A stretch of DNA of 64,000 bases. Source: Botryllus schlosseri (Eukaryota). Below are positions 11,906 through 25,854 of this stretch, piece by piece; the stretch's first letter is position 1, and every line of letters begins with the position of its first letter. Below the pieces are notes generated by a model, which was not told where the DNA came from, made no database searches, and saw only the letters and a program-made list of their open reading frames with translations. The stretch is from NCBI GenBank assembly GCA_051294905.1, contig CM119374.1, forward strand, positions 21,638,001 to 21,702,000. The letters run 5' to 3'. The position numbers and the translations under genes were made by a program.

Positions 11906-13672
11906 CGAACTCCTCGTTGGTACATCATTGGTACGAAATGGATGTTCTGATGATGATGACCGCCAACCGTAAAACTCTTGCATATCGATATAGTCCTGGT
12001 CGGGGACATCTTTTGGTCCTTTTAACGCGGGGTAGGAAGCCTTTTTCATTGAGCAGCCAGATTTACCATGTGTTTTCAATCGTCTTTGTCAATACAATGT
12101 GACGTCATAAACATACATTCGTGACGTCATTGCCAAAAATAACCCTGTTTCAAACACGTTTGTTTTAAATTGATTTTCGTTTTAAATGCAACCGTACTTC
12201 AGACCAATTAGTTTTACCAAAGCCTAGGCTTCCTAACTATGCTTTATAGACCCTGATTATTTGGAGGTTCCCGAAATGCAAATGTTTGAAATGATGTTTT
12301 GGCTATAGTTACCATATTTCAAGATCCGAGAAAGAGGTAACCCTCATAAAATTACAATAAGAGGGAAATTTGAGGGAAAATATCATCATAATGCAGATCG
12401 CCAGGTACTTTGACTAAAAGATTTAAAAAACAATACCACTTTCCGAGTCGATACCTCGAATCCGGTTTCCACGGACGGTTTCCGTTTGTTTTGACCTTTT
12501 TATCTTTCGTCAACCTCCGCGCGCCAGTTGACCTTTATATTCGTCTCTGTATGATTGCCTTACTCTTAAAACAAAACGAGAGGCATGATTACGAAAACTG
12601 AAGACATTTGGGCGTCATCGGAGGACATTTTAGTTTATTTGGCGTAATTATTTTAGTGCTGTGGAGAGACGCAGCGAACAATGCGAAATTGACAAATAAT
12701 TGATATCGGAGGGACATATCCATGCTCAATGCCCATGTCTCCGAAAATACCATTCTTGATCACCATCCAAATATTATGGGCGTCTCAACTAGATCCCCAC
12801 CGATGCGTACGCATGAGGAATATCTGTCTCAAGGTAAATATCGGTATCCACCGAGTCCGTATGGTATATATGGACCTGCCCAATGACGTCCTCACGCCTT
12901 CTATCGTGCTTCTTGGTCGTCCTTGCTATAAAACATCGGAAATTGCCAGTGCTAGAAAATGGGGATGACATGCGCCACTAACTACACCAGGACAATACAG
13001 GTGACTTGACGATCACGCTTCCTGAATCGCTATGATTCAACTTGCCGAGAACGAATAAGAAGCGTGCTTGTCTGTATCGCTTATTCGCAGATACTGTCAG
13101 ACCAGTCAGTACACGCCCGGGTAATTATGAAGTCTGATTTGAGGCTACCATCTCCGGGAATCTCTCCCGGTAAGCCAAAACATTGCGAGGTATGTGAGGA
13201 GTGAGGTGTTCCTTTTTTCATTGCCTTCCCGAAGACCGACGGATGAACATCATTGCAGTTTACTTATTGGTTAAAATACGGAAAGCTATTTTCCCTCAAC
13301 TATACGCCGCTTTAAATGCAAACGATAGTTTGTTTTACTCTATTGCAGTCTCATTGATGAATGAAGTTGATATGGGATTATGTAACACTTTGATATCGGC
13401 AGAAAATATCGATTTATTGGCCCAGTCTGGACTAAATTACTACTATCTTCTTAACTAGAGATAATATGTGACAAGTAAGTCGCAAAATAATGTATATAAC
13501 GGTTTTCTAGTCATACTTGCTGCGGTCTTCATATTTAAATGCGTTCGGTAGCTCATCGAAACCACCCAAGAGGCACAGGGAGTCGATGCATGTTAGTTTT
13601 AACGTAAGAGTGGTAAGACAATACTGAGCCTACAGAAGATCAACCACTGAGAGTGGCGGTCGCGGGTCTGGG

Positions 13673-14387
13673 ATGTTGGACAGAATCCACGAAATCGAAA
13701 ACGTACGAGGATATAGTCGAGTGCTTGCACAAATCCCCTGAGTTCAGTTTCACAGTTCGTAAAGAGAATTCAGAGCTTTTCAGGCACACCAATATAGAAT
13801 TACGTTTCGATGGCCAGGCGAGGTTTACTATCAACCGCAGGATACCGGACAAGACAGCGTTCGCTTCAGCCGTGCTAGGGACGCCGGCCGTTACTTACAT
13901 CGAAAAATCGAAGCAGACCGCCTCGGACAATTGTGGTACAATATTTACGAGCCGAGACCAAGATAAGTCGAAAGAGATGATCACAAATTTGCTACTTGAC
14001 CAAGAAATTAAATACAATCTCTGGGACAAAAATGGCAGAGACCACGTGACTAAAACAGTAATCAACGCGATGGCGGATAGCGATTGGAAGTATATTTCCA
14101 AATACGAATTTATAGACTTTGTTGAAAGAATACGGGAGGAGGACAGTAGACGCGTGGCCTTGTTGGCAATGTCGTACGTTGTACTCGTGTGCAGCATACC
14201 TGTCGCAATACTGCTGACCAGTGCTGGCGTACTAATTTTCAATTTCCTATTCGTCAAATACTCGCGAAACATTAAAACGTCTTTGATACGTTCGTTGTCG
14301 TTTTTTATATCGGAGTCCCTTTGTTGGAAAAGTGACATTGTGTCGCAGTGTCGATATATTTTGCTAACTTTTCGTTTAAGATTTTAA
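13673..14387 (+). pseudogene. Family copy C, probable pseudogene (5' frameshift, catalytic Cys to Gly)
   Basis: ATG at 13673 reads MLDRIH (cf. MFDKLH) but is out of frame with the long ORF through an apparent 14-nt deletion. There is no in-frame ATG upstream (TAA at 13614). NC is replaced by NG (GGC at 14034-14036). AACAAA (14452) lies where paralogues have AATAAA. Confidence 0.7.
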
Positions 14388-16784
14388 CATCTGTATGCGA
14401 TTGTTCTATTGTACTATGTCTTTTATCGTAAATCACTGTGAATATTCATTTAACAAAAAAATTACACCTTTAACAGCAACATTGCGGTAGCTTATTCGGG
14501 TTGAATTGCAAACAGTTGCAGGTGGCTGTTTCAGAAATAACTCCCGGAGTATATATAAAGTATAGTGGTACACTGTCAGCGAAAGAGGTGTGTATTCATA
14601 TCGTAAAGTCGGTACACGTGAAGAGCAAATGATACCTGAGAATTATATGGAGGTATAAATCGAACACATTTTTATCCAAATGATGCTTAAAAACTAGAAT
14701 AAGCACGAATGGAGTAAGAAAGTACGCACGCATGCACGTAGGATTTATAACATTGCTTCAACGTATAAACCACGAATCAATCACAACCGTCTTTTCTGTG
14801 AAGTAACCAAGGGAACTAAACTAGCGATTGAATATACATACAGAGAAAAAAATCGCCGGTCGATAATGATGATTGGCTAGAGTTATCTCTAAATTGAAAC
14901 ACACGGTCAAGAAAATGATCTTGGGCCGCTTACAAGTACCGTGAAATTTGTAATCGACACCCCGAGATCGGGGTTCCTGAATTCTGAAATAGGTTCCTCT
15001 TTCGTGCAGGACCTTTAGGGTATGAATACATAACTTTTATCTTAGTATGTAGTGTGGTTGCAACATCGAATAATTGCCAGGTCGCTTCTGACCGAGGTCG
15101 ACTGAGACATCCACACCCAGGCTGATTATCTAGGGTCCTCTCCTCTATTCGATCCACCGATCATAGTGAATACTGAAACAATAACATCTCTAGTAATGTA
15201 TTGATAATTATGATTTATTCATTGCTTGCGCAATTGGCGAGCCCACTTCACGATTACTCATGCGCCGCCTTAGCCTCAGGCGATTAGAGCTGCGTCTTTC
15301 CCTCAACCACATCAGCTGTGGAATTAAGTTTTGCAGCGTTGTTTGGCATTTGAGGTTTTCGAGTCAACGTTGTTTCGATGTGGCCCGGTCTGAGTGGATT
15401 TCGAGCGTGTTCTTTTCAAAATAAAACCAAGAAAATTGTCAATTAAAGCAAAAAGGTTGATCTGGTATTAGTGTGACTAGAATCGAGATTTGTAATTTTC
15501 TAACAATTTCTTAATAGCCGTGAAATCTCGTTCTCAAGTTTATAGCACGGTTTCGTGGAATTGCTTCGCCTAATTGCCTACATCTGTTGTAGAAGATAAG
15601 GGCCCGTTGGCCCGTCAATTTTTTAAATTCATTTCTGAGAGAAAATCCATCTCCGCATGTACTCTTCTCCGACTGGAAATTACCGCAGCTGCCAGTGTGG
15701 GAAGGCACGGAAATAACAAGTAAACCGTTCGTCATTTTCGTAGCACTCACACGTCGTAATTGCTGAATGACGACAATGTATGCGATTTCATGCGGCCATT
15801 TTCTGCAAGCGTGCAATGTGCACTTCGAAATAAGATGGTATAAACAGCATCAATGAATTATCACAGAATATAATATACATAGTTATTCTGTCAACATTTT
15901 ACAACAGTTCTTTGAGAATGATATTGAGTCGCTACTTCGATGTAAACTAGTATTCCACAGATGCAAATTGTTATATGGATATACTGCCTTATTATAAGCA
16001 GATAAAAACACTCAATCGAAGCACTTATTCGCTATACAATAAGCTTGTATCTCCTTGTATATTCCAATTCCTTAGATAAACAATTTCCACCAATATAAAT
16101 TCCACGGTGACAGCACTATTGCATTAAATCGGAATGCTAACTCTATACCTGTGTTATGGGTAAAATATTTACTTACACTGCATATGTAAGTTGCATATGC
16201 AGGATTTAAAATTCTAACAAAGATGTTGATACGCTTTATAAGATCCTTCCGTCACAAGATCCATAAAACATGACTGTGCCTATATGCTATACACAGATAC
16301 GCAATTTCGTTTATCCGTCGATATGGTAAGCCTTTGAAAAGACTGCTATTCATAAATAGGTTTTTACGTTTTTGGTGGAAGGCTTACGGAAATCGCTCTC
16401 ATGCACCGGGATTACAATCTTAGCAAATGCTTTATAATTGCCTACAGCGCCAGAACAGTGACTTATCACTGAAACGTGTAGTCCGTATAAAAGTGATAAC
16501 TCTACAATATGCTACAGATGAATCACGCTTTCCGCCAACATCCGACTCTCCAGGCACATTCAATAAATATGTCACCCTTTTGTGTTTTACATCATGGATC
16601 ATGATCACTTGATATCGAAACACTGGCGTGAAATTTCGCCAAGTGCCATTACATAAAATGATAACGGAGTTGTTAACATCGTGACGTTAAATAAAATGTT
16701 TACGTCAAATGTATTGAGTGCGCCATTATACTTTTCAAACCGTTAAATGCTCTTTTTGCAACGGTTCTGGGTACAGGACAACTA

Positions 16785-17044
16785 AGGGCTGCATTCAAAA
16801 CAAGCGGTAGTATATCGATATGGAATGGTTGGAACCCTCCAAATAGTCGGTGCAACAGCAATAGTACATATATTTATTCAGAGGAGTTATATACTTATCC
16901 TATATTTTCCATTGTCAATGTCAATCCACTATGACGTCACAACTGAATATTAATGACATCGTGGCTTAAAAAAAGCATGTTTTAACAAGGGTTTTGTTTT
17001 AAACATGCTTGTTTTTAACTGATTTTTGTTTTAAATGCAACCCT
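16785..17044. repeat. Dispersed repeat/MITE (AGGGCTGCATT...AATGCAACCCT), 3 copies
   Basis: Similar to ~42700-42962 and, more weakly, ~11980-12196; short inverted ends. Confidence 0.7.
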
Positions 17045-17859
17045 GAGTACAACCATGGTTGTTGAACCAGCATATAGTATTACGGAGGTCGCCGACTAGG
17101 CGCGTAGCTTTACCTCGTGTGTGACAAAGAAGTCGGTTGTATCGAGTATATCTCAAACATATTATGTTATAGACTAATCCTTTTTTGCGACTCATCGTAT
17201 CTCTCATAATTTCAAATAATATTTCCATTATGAGATTAAACTAGTTTTTCAATTGTTTGATTTTCAACAGTGGTAGCCAAAGTAGTCAGCGTTGCTACTC
17301 AAGTAAAAGTAAGCGTAACGACTTAGGTTTCGACTTTATTGGAAGTACCAATAGCGATAGTCCAAGTAGGCTAAACTAACTTGAATACCCTGAAAAATGG
17401 AAGCGCTTCGTTAATGACCATGACCCTCTTTGATTTTAAATGCATCAATGCACAATATATACTTCATAGTCAGTACTACATTATTTATGCTGTTCAAGGG
17501 CTGCCAAATTGACATTGTCAATATAGTGGCTAGCATTACTCAATCAGCAGTAAAACTCCTGCTCCGAAATAGAAGAACAAAATGACAATTGGGTAGAAGA
17601 TTAGTTTTGTGAGCACGTTAAATCCAATAAATGTCTGACAGCATGACACCTTCAATTTAGATTTTGTGGAATGTGTGTCCCTTAAACACAGGACGATCAC
17701 CACACTAGGTATAGTGTAAATTTTACAATCGCTTTCCGTTTTGCTCTAGATACAGTTGCTTAATGTACGCATTAAATCAACAGAGATTGAACTATATCTT
17801 CATTAGAGATTGAACTATTCCTAAAGGTTAGATGGAACATAAAAACTATTAGTGCGTGT

Positions 17860-18450
17860 GATTCGTTGAACTCTTTACACATTTGCACCGACAATTCATG
17901 GCAAGTTCGAGTCACATCGAGATCAACTCCAGAATCCTATTCCTTTTGAAAAAGCGGTTCTCAGACTTTTTTAGACACGCCCCCCTATATAATATTGAAA
18001 GGTTTCGCCCCCCCCCCCCCCATATCGTCATATCACAAAATGCAACCAGAATGCTAGCAATCCTAACGGATAGTTTGACAGCATGGACGGTTATGACTGT
18101 TGATGAGAGAATTCTGAAATTTGAAATTCGGACTATACACTGAGCGATACATATGAAATGGAGGTAATTCCCGCCCAGTGCGGAAAAAAATTCAGTTGAC
18201 TGCAGCTTCGCGTCCTCTTCGGGTGCTTTCTCGTTCCCCAAGGGGGATAGGGGCGCCTCCAAGTTTGAGAACCACTGTGTTGGAGGTTTAGCGAATCTTT
18301 TCGTCGCTGTCCATTCTCCTTAAGCCTACGATCGAAAGTGCGCCGTGCTATATGTCGGCAGCTCAGGAGACGAAAATGAAAATATTCGCGTGGTGTCAAA
18401 TGACCGAGATGTCAAAACACCATGAAATTTCAACGCGAACAACAACAAAT
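17860..18450 (+). mobile_element. tRNA-derived SINE, degenerate, split by a hAT MITE
   Basis: gttcgagtc...actccagaatcc on the left; gccgtgct...ggtgtcaaatgacc...aaaacaccatgaa...caacaacaa on the right. Confidence 0.6.
17952..18277. mobile_element. hAT MITE interrupting a SINE
   Basis: Ends AAGCGGTTCTCAGAC / GTTTGAGAACCACTG; TSD degraded; SINE halves on both sides. Confidence 0.7.
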
Positions 18451-18689
18451 GTATATTAGTCTCTATTTCCTTATTATTCTATGCAGTCTGATATGTGCAC
18501 GACTGCTGCACGCACAACCGCGATATCAGTGATGTAGCTGGTTCAAAGGTCTGTCATTCCTGAAATCACTATGATTCTATGATTTTATGATGATTATCAG
18601 ATCCATATATGCAGAATGGGTCAATTGGATGCACGGAACTTTAAAACAATTGTGCATGTGCAATGCTCATGTCGCCTGCACGCCTCACG

Positions 18690-19576
18690 TAGGGGAGATG
18701 TGGTACCGATGGATCAAAAATTGGAAAATGATAGCTGGCCCTGAAATGTTCAGCCGAAAACGGCAGATCTTTTGCTGGCTCAGCACTTTGATACAAGCTC
18801 TACCTATCGCGCACATATACATGAATATCCGTCTTTTCAAAAAATATTTATGAACGTTCAAAATTTGTTGCTCGAACGCGTCATCGGTCCCCACCCGGTG
18901 GGTCCAATGGCACACGACCCGGGGACCTATGACACATATACCCTAAAAATTCAGATGTGACTACTTTTCTTGCTCAGATGTTGTCATAAAATCACGTTTC
19001 GATTTAGGCTCGGACTTATAAATTTGAGGGTACATACATATTGCCCGAAAATCGTCAGTGTGACTTCCGAATACCTCGTTATAGCGATAAAACATCATAT
19101 GCAATTATTACATGAAGATTTTCTGTACGTAGGCATGTTTCATTTGTTTCATGATTAGTATGCTTGATTATTTTGCTTGATTTGGGTATTGTATCCTCGG
19201 TCCCCACCCTACGAATTTTATACATGAATCGAAAAAAAGTCCACTGAAGGAAAGTACTGAAAAAAATAACAGGCGCTATTATATAGCCTGATACAAGCCC
19301 TGCACTTCACAATAAAAATGATTGCTGGTTTGTTCGTGTTGAAGGTTACAAAGAAAAACGTATATGTCGATCTAAATTTAGTTTACACCCCATAAAACAA
19401 AAATCATCTGTGAGAGACCCCATAGCACGCGCACGTCGAATTTTTTAGTATGTGAGAAAAGATTTTGCCAGCATGCAATTGTAGACAAGTTCACGGAGTT
19501 GCAATCATGGAATTATCATAGAGAATTTTCAAAGTATTTTCGGTCCCAGTGATCCATCGGTACCACATCTCCCCTA
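18690..19576. mobile_element. Non-autonomous DNA element with 27-bp perfect terminal inverted repeats
   Basis: TAGGGGAGATGTGGTACCGATGGATCA at 18690-18716 and its exact reverse complement at 19550-19576; the outer TA may be a TSD. Confidence 0.8.
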
Positions 19577-21945
19577 ATCTCCGATCAAACATGACACGCA
19601 GCCTTGAAGACAGATGTGCACGTGCAGGGATACTTGATCAAGTCAAGACTTTCTTGGTATACGACAATCTCTATACTGCAGCACTCTACGTCACCCGGAA
19701 CTCGGACAATAAAATGTTTGGTTACGGTTCCAATAATTTACTTCCAATCACGTTATCCTTTTAACCTCATTTCGCAGTATCGCGATTAAGTTGCGAATGG
19801 TATGCGGAACGGTTTCATTTTCAAGTTTCGCAGTAAAATTCCCCCGTATCGACCATCTATCCGTGAAGGATTATTGCTGGCATGTACTTTAAAATCAAAC
19901 GACGCATGGTAAAGATATTACAAAAACGAACGCATCGGGTGACATCGTGTAGCAACCAGTTGCTTTAGTTCTCAAGACAAATTTATTGTCCTTGAAAGTG
20001 GAATAAACTAAGAGAAAGGCACTCGGCGTATGCAAGTGAGCAGTGCACTCTCGGTATACAGGCCTACATTGTTGGTGCGTTGACGAATAACTCGAATTCT
20101 ACCATACCTTAAATTAAATGAACCCTTTCCCGTGACCTTGATTATTAAAAAGCGATATCGTTATGTATTGACGGGGGATAGGCCTATTCCGCTAAACGAA
20201 ACTAAATAGTAGGTGTCTCGGATTCTTGTCATTCCAAGACACCTAAACCGCGTTAATTGTGATGACGATCATAGAATTCATGTTTTGCAGACGATTCGCG
20301 GTAATTTCGTCAAAGAAAACTTCGCACCAACAGTGTCGGGGAAATATAGCGGATAAACATGCCCGGTCCTATTGATCTGCCACTCGCCTGCTATTAGGAC
20401 CGTGCGACAGCTAGATATTACCGAGTTTGATCGGTTTCGCGCTGTCGCGTCCGTTACGTGCGAACAATTACCTATATTCCATTTCATAGAAATACTCTCT
20501 GGGTATATTAGCTTCGCACTTGACAATGCGCGCCCGACGTAAATTATATGTAAATTGAAGGAATTAACTTCAATACGGGGTTTCCAGTAGGGAGAAGTAT
20601 ACAACGCTCCGTTGTAAATTTAGTATTTTTTCTCGTGTAAAGTCGTGTGAATTGGTTCGCTGTACAGTGCACGTGTGTAAAGCTATCGCTTTGAGTGATG
20701 CGCGGTACATGCGAATAATGAGTCACGTATTGTCTTTAAATCCGTAGTAAAATCGCTACCAGTCCGCTATTTTAAGATAACATGTACATAGAAGTAGGAT
20801 AGAAGTTCATTGGAAACACATTACTTAAAATTAACTGCACTGGGCGGTACTGTTTTGTATATAGTGGTAATGATTTCCGGTGTGCTGGATAATCAAACAG
20901 CCTTTCCATATACACTATTACAATCTTAATAAAAGCTACAATATAAAATCTTAATGTCACTGCATCAAGTAATTTCTTCATGATTGTGGTCACATGCAAA
21001 GTTCTGCCAGAGCCAACTCGCATGAGATATCACTCAAGGCGACAAATCTTTCTTGTCGTACGACCTGCCAAGTGGACTTGGATTAGGATAAGAGCACGCG
21101 GTAATTGTCATTACTCATTCGTTGTTGATTTCATGTAATACTTCTAGAACTATCTAATGAGGACATCACTTTAATCGGTTTGTAAGTTTTAGCATGACCA
21201 AGCGTCCTAGTGGTATTCATAGAGATCGCATGTCCGATAATGGGCAAGTTTATGTTGCACTAAAGGCGTGAGAAAGTTGCACCTAATTTTAGCAAAAATT
21301 GCAGTAAAAAGTTGCATTTATGTATATATGTTTTCAATTATTACAGTATGAGATACTCGAAAGGTTCCGTTGAATAATGCAACAGTTTAAGATTTGCAGG
21401 GTGTCTGTTTCTTCCGTTTCCATCTTCGCTATTTAATCGATCATGCATACACTTAAGTTTGAAGCCTATATGACAGCATTGTGCCGTCAGTTCCTGCACA
21501 GCTGTCAACTTTGGTACTTTCCCATTTCAGTGTCGATTTTGCGAGATCCCGAAAATTACATTTTCCCGGTATGCAGCAAGAAAATAACGCATTGTAGAAA
21601 TAGTTTTCCACAAAAAAGAACAAACAAAAAAACAGCAAAAGAGATAACCCACCCCTCCACCCCAAAATATGTCAAATGCCACTCGCATACCCCCGAGGTC
21701 TACAAACCTTACCCAGGGCATTGCAGTAAAATTCTGTTTAACTCAATAGCCCGAAAAAAGTGACCCAGTGACAATGTAATTTTCGGCGGTCTTGCGATGG
21801 TGTCCAGGAAACGGCAGACGGCAGAAAATGAATCAACCGATCAATTTACATGATACAGTTCGGGTACTGCCGTCCTTGACTGGGGTTGTTAAACTTCTAG
21901 CTTGCAAGCCATTGCGTCATAGATGACATTGATATGCAGCTAAAC

Positions 21946-22746
21946 CAGAGGTCTCAAACTCAAATGTGCTCGCGGGCCAATTTCCTAATTTTTGACGTCA
22001 CCGCGGGCAGCGCCAATAATATGGCAATTCAATGTATTTCCGAGTAGACCTTTTTTGACGGAACCTTGCAGACTGACATTCCACACGCATCTTGAAAATG
22101 TGATTGACTACTTTGAATTTACGCCTGGCACGAAAAAAATCACATTTAAAAATATTTGAATAAAATTGTTGCTATACTGGGCATAGTTGCTGTATATTTA
22201 GTTGTAGACACCATGCGATAGTATAAATGCATCAGGACACCGTAAAAGCTGTCGCGTTATAATTTTGCAGCCAGCAGACATTTGACGTGTCAGAATTATA
22301 GGTAGAATATTTTAGAATTTTACAAAGATTGATCTGATATCAGAGTATTGGAGCAGTACAACAACCTATAGTCCAGGTATCGTGCATACTCCTGATAAGA
22401 AGGCTATATATTGAACATGCCATTACCTAAGTAAAACTAATTCAGCGTTACAGTTAGCCTACCTTCGAATATTGGAACAGATCTACAACAACTTGAATAT
22501 AATGATTACTGTGCCATAGCAATAGAAATTTCCAATCGCCGAAGTATTCATTGATCTTCCATTGCGTGGTAACTTTTGAAAGTGATGTAACAGTGAAGTT
22601 TGATGGGTAGTTTCAGGCTTCCAGAGTAGTTTTGGGCAAATTTCAGGTTTTCAAATTAAAAAACAAACAAGGTATTTCTCAGTTACATATTGTCGAATAC
22701 TTCGAAATCCAAAATACCGCCGCGGGCCGCGTGTTTGCGACCTCCG
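21946..22746. mobile_element. hAT MITE (CAGAGGTCTCAAAC family)
   Basis: Ends CAGAGGTCTCAAAC / GTTTGCGACCTCCG; perfect TSD AGCTAAAC. Confidence 0.9.
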
Positions 22747-24922
22747 AGCTAAACTATCACATGGTTCTTTGTAATGCTAAGAGCATAGAAAAATACTGAA
22801 AATGGTTTTATAGCATTTTTATGAAATTACTCCTTTACCTTTTGCGCAATACTTGATAGAAGTTGTAGTAAAACGTTGCAGAAAACTACGGAAAACATTG
22901 TTGCACTAAGGACGTCCTAGAAACAGCTTAAAACATCATACTACATACATTATGGATATGTTTGAAGCGGCACGAAGCTGTAAAGAAGTTGCAAAACTTG
23001 CCCAACTGTTAATCTATATCCGGATGGTTAAAGCCCTGGCATGTGGGCCCATGAGTAGGTTTCCAGCAGGCTGCGGGGACTGTACCCTCAGCTGTCATGT
23101 GACTGGTTGCGATTCACGACAAAGTCGGAAATTGACAGGTCCTCGTGAATTTTAAGGTTTGTGATACCTTTTTCAACCGATTATAACAAGAACAGACCCA
23201 TTTGTCCCCGTAATCGGGTCGCATCTGTAAAGCAGAGGCGTTCATGACCTTGTGGGGACTTAACCGACGGGTAGACGTATAGTTTAATGCTTCAAAACGC
23301 CGTATACTAAGGCATTTCTTAGATTCCAGTGACGCCTTAATAAATGGAAGAACTGATGGAGTCGTCCCTGTGTCCGTGAATGCTCGCAGGATCGGGAAGT
23401 AAAGTCGAAAAAGCACCGAACCCCTGTTATTAAAGTCGTGGTGGTGTGAACGAATCCACCGCATAGAGGGGTCGTATAGACGGCACTAAAGGCATGTCCG
23501 CTCATCCTGATACGTTATGATTACCCTCGCCTCAAAGATTTATGCCAGGTGTAAGTATCGCTATGTGTTTGACATGGGATTTTGGATGCTAGTCAGCTAC
23601 GAGCTCTTTCCCCGCGTGGTAAAGTTTGCGTTGGAAATATGCTCAATGTTTAACTCCTGGAACAGAATATTCAAAAAAGAAAGAGGGGATCGTCTTTACG
23701 CCAGTCAAAGAAAACCAAATTAAATATGAGATTGGCCCGATAACGGACATAAAACCAATATTTCTTGTACTGCGATTTTCCATACATGCATATATCATTG
23801 GTTCTTAATATTTACATACCTACCCGTCAAACCGTTACGCTAATCTGTAAGCCTTCGCCGAACCCCGGATTTTCGTCGAGTCGCAAACACTAAAATGTAC
23901 CACATTACACATTGAGTACATTGCTACAGAATATTGATGCACAATATGAACTGTGCATCTACAACAGTGCTAGAAGAAGAAAGCCATTAAAACATGATTT
24001 ACTCGCAAAGCAAGAAGATTATCTGCAAATTTTTAATCAGTGTATGTTCAACTGAATGAGTAGAGTGTGTACGTCTTGACCTCCACCGCAACCCGAAATT
24101 GACTCAGCTAAACCAGGAGGTTTTGTTGAACCCCGGTTAAAAAACCCTGACCTATATGCTTCTATATCCTATAAATGTATAGCGTAAATCGTTGTGTAAA
24201 ACTATAGAGTTTATCCATTTGCTTGCCCATATATATCCTTATACATCAATGAGGACCGCGATGTTCACAGTCTTGGACATCCTGCTCTATATTCATCACT
24301 GTTGTTATGACTTCATTGGGTATGTACGCCTAGCCCCTGGATATGACACCCATATAAATATAGGCCCTCCAGTAAAACAATTTTATGAATTCACAAGACG
24401 TCAAGGTTCGAATTTTCCCGTTAAAAATCAAAACTGAATATAGTCTACTTCGGTCACGGATATTGCGGTTTCGACTGTTCCAGTTGTTTTATCGTATCCA
24501 ATGCCATTTTTCTATGTGTGTTCTCACGCAACACTGTTACAATACATATACTTGAAAAGTAAAACAACCTGGCGATCGATCGTGGGACATGAGATGATAG
24601 TTTGAACAGATTTATGAAACCAAGAGTAATATAAATAACCCTGGTTTACCATAACGACACAAATTGGAGTGGCAATAAACCAATATCCACTGGAGCGACG
24701 ACGGTTTCAGTTTCAAATTTCCATCATACCAGCCACTGGCTCGTAAAACCAAACCTGAATGGGGTTACACTCATGGCGGCTTTCGGATCTAAGTTCGTAT
24801 CAGCAGGTGTGGAGAACTGAAATCGGAAACTCGGTAAATTTAGGTTCTGAAGTAACGTTGTAATCTTGATGATGGCCAATCACCAATCGTAATGAAAAAA
24901 ATGTAGCTCTAATGAGAGATGA

Positions 24923-24925
<3 letters not shown>

Positions 24926-24956
<31 letters not shown>
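24926..24956. repeat. (TG)n microsatellite
   Basis: About 15 perfect TG units. Confidence 0.95.
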
Positions 24957-24957
<1 letters not shown>

Positions 24958-25074
24958 GTAGGTACATGCGTCTTGATTTCCACGCTTGACCGCTGTCAGC
25001 AGTTGAGAGTTTAGGGTTACGTTAAGTGTTTGATGTTTTCAATGCTATGAACGTACAAGTATACGTATAGTAAC

Positions 25075-25854
25075 CAGGACCTTAACTGCCGTACCCCACA
25101 CCATCCAATGGAGGGGGGGGGGGCGAGCTCGATGAGGCCAAAATTACTTCGTGAATGAACATAAATTATAGAGTATTTTTCAAAAAATTTCTGCAACTTC
25201 ATTCAAATATCTTCATTATTGGGTACCCTTCCCCCAACGATTTATAGAAATGGACATTTCGGCGTTAGTCATTACCGCGACACGACACTCCAAGACAAAG
25301 TGTCAGGCATTATAACATGCGACTCCGTGTGCCAGTGTGTGTGCAGGAGCTAGTGGCAACGAGAAAACCTTAGCCGAAAAGGACTGCCGTTATGCTGACC
25401 GAAAACCTCGATGGCGACAATCTGAACCCTATAAGACAAATGCCATCGCGCCGAGAAAATTATTTCGGCGTTGAAGAAATACCCAATTTGAAATAGTCTC
25501 GTCTTTTAGTTTAGTGCGTTTCGGCGATTTCTATATCTTTTGACATAGCGGACAGGAAGTCACGAAATAACATCATGTAGCGAAGTCATTATACCAACGA
25601 GCCCTGCATTTTCCGAGACAGCATCTCACTCAGCTCTGCCGGTAAATCGGATAGCGTTGATAGAGAGGACAAAAAAATTTGAATTACAGAAAATTTTCGC
25701 GCTTCGCGCGATTAGGTGTCTTTAACTCACTCACTAATGAGTATAACAAATCCTGCTGACAAATTAGCGGTGAAAAGTATATCGTGCGGGATTGTCTGGT
25801 TGGCCCAAGACCAACGTTTTGAGGTAGGGCTGATGCAGTGCTGTTTCGGCTTCG
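25075..25854 (-). mobile_element. hAT MITE family 1, short diverged copy
   Basis: Degenerate ends CAGGACCTTAAC and GTTTCGGCTTCG; TSD ATAGTAAC/ATAGTAGC; internal similarity to the other copies. Confidence 0.75.

Noticed and set aside
13653-13672. GTG start of the 244-aa ORF given by the track
   Set aside because: The N-terminus MAVAGLGC is not homologous; the homologous start is the out-of-frame ATG at 13673.
23114-23464. 116-aa minus-strand ORF in a slightly GC-richer patch
   Set aside because: No family motif; length is within chance expectation.
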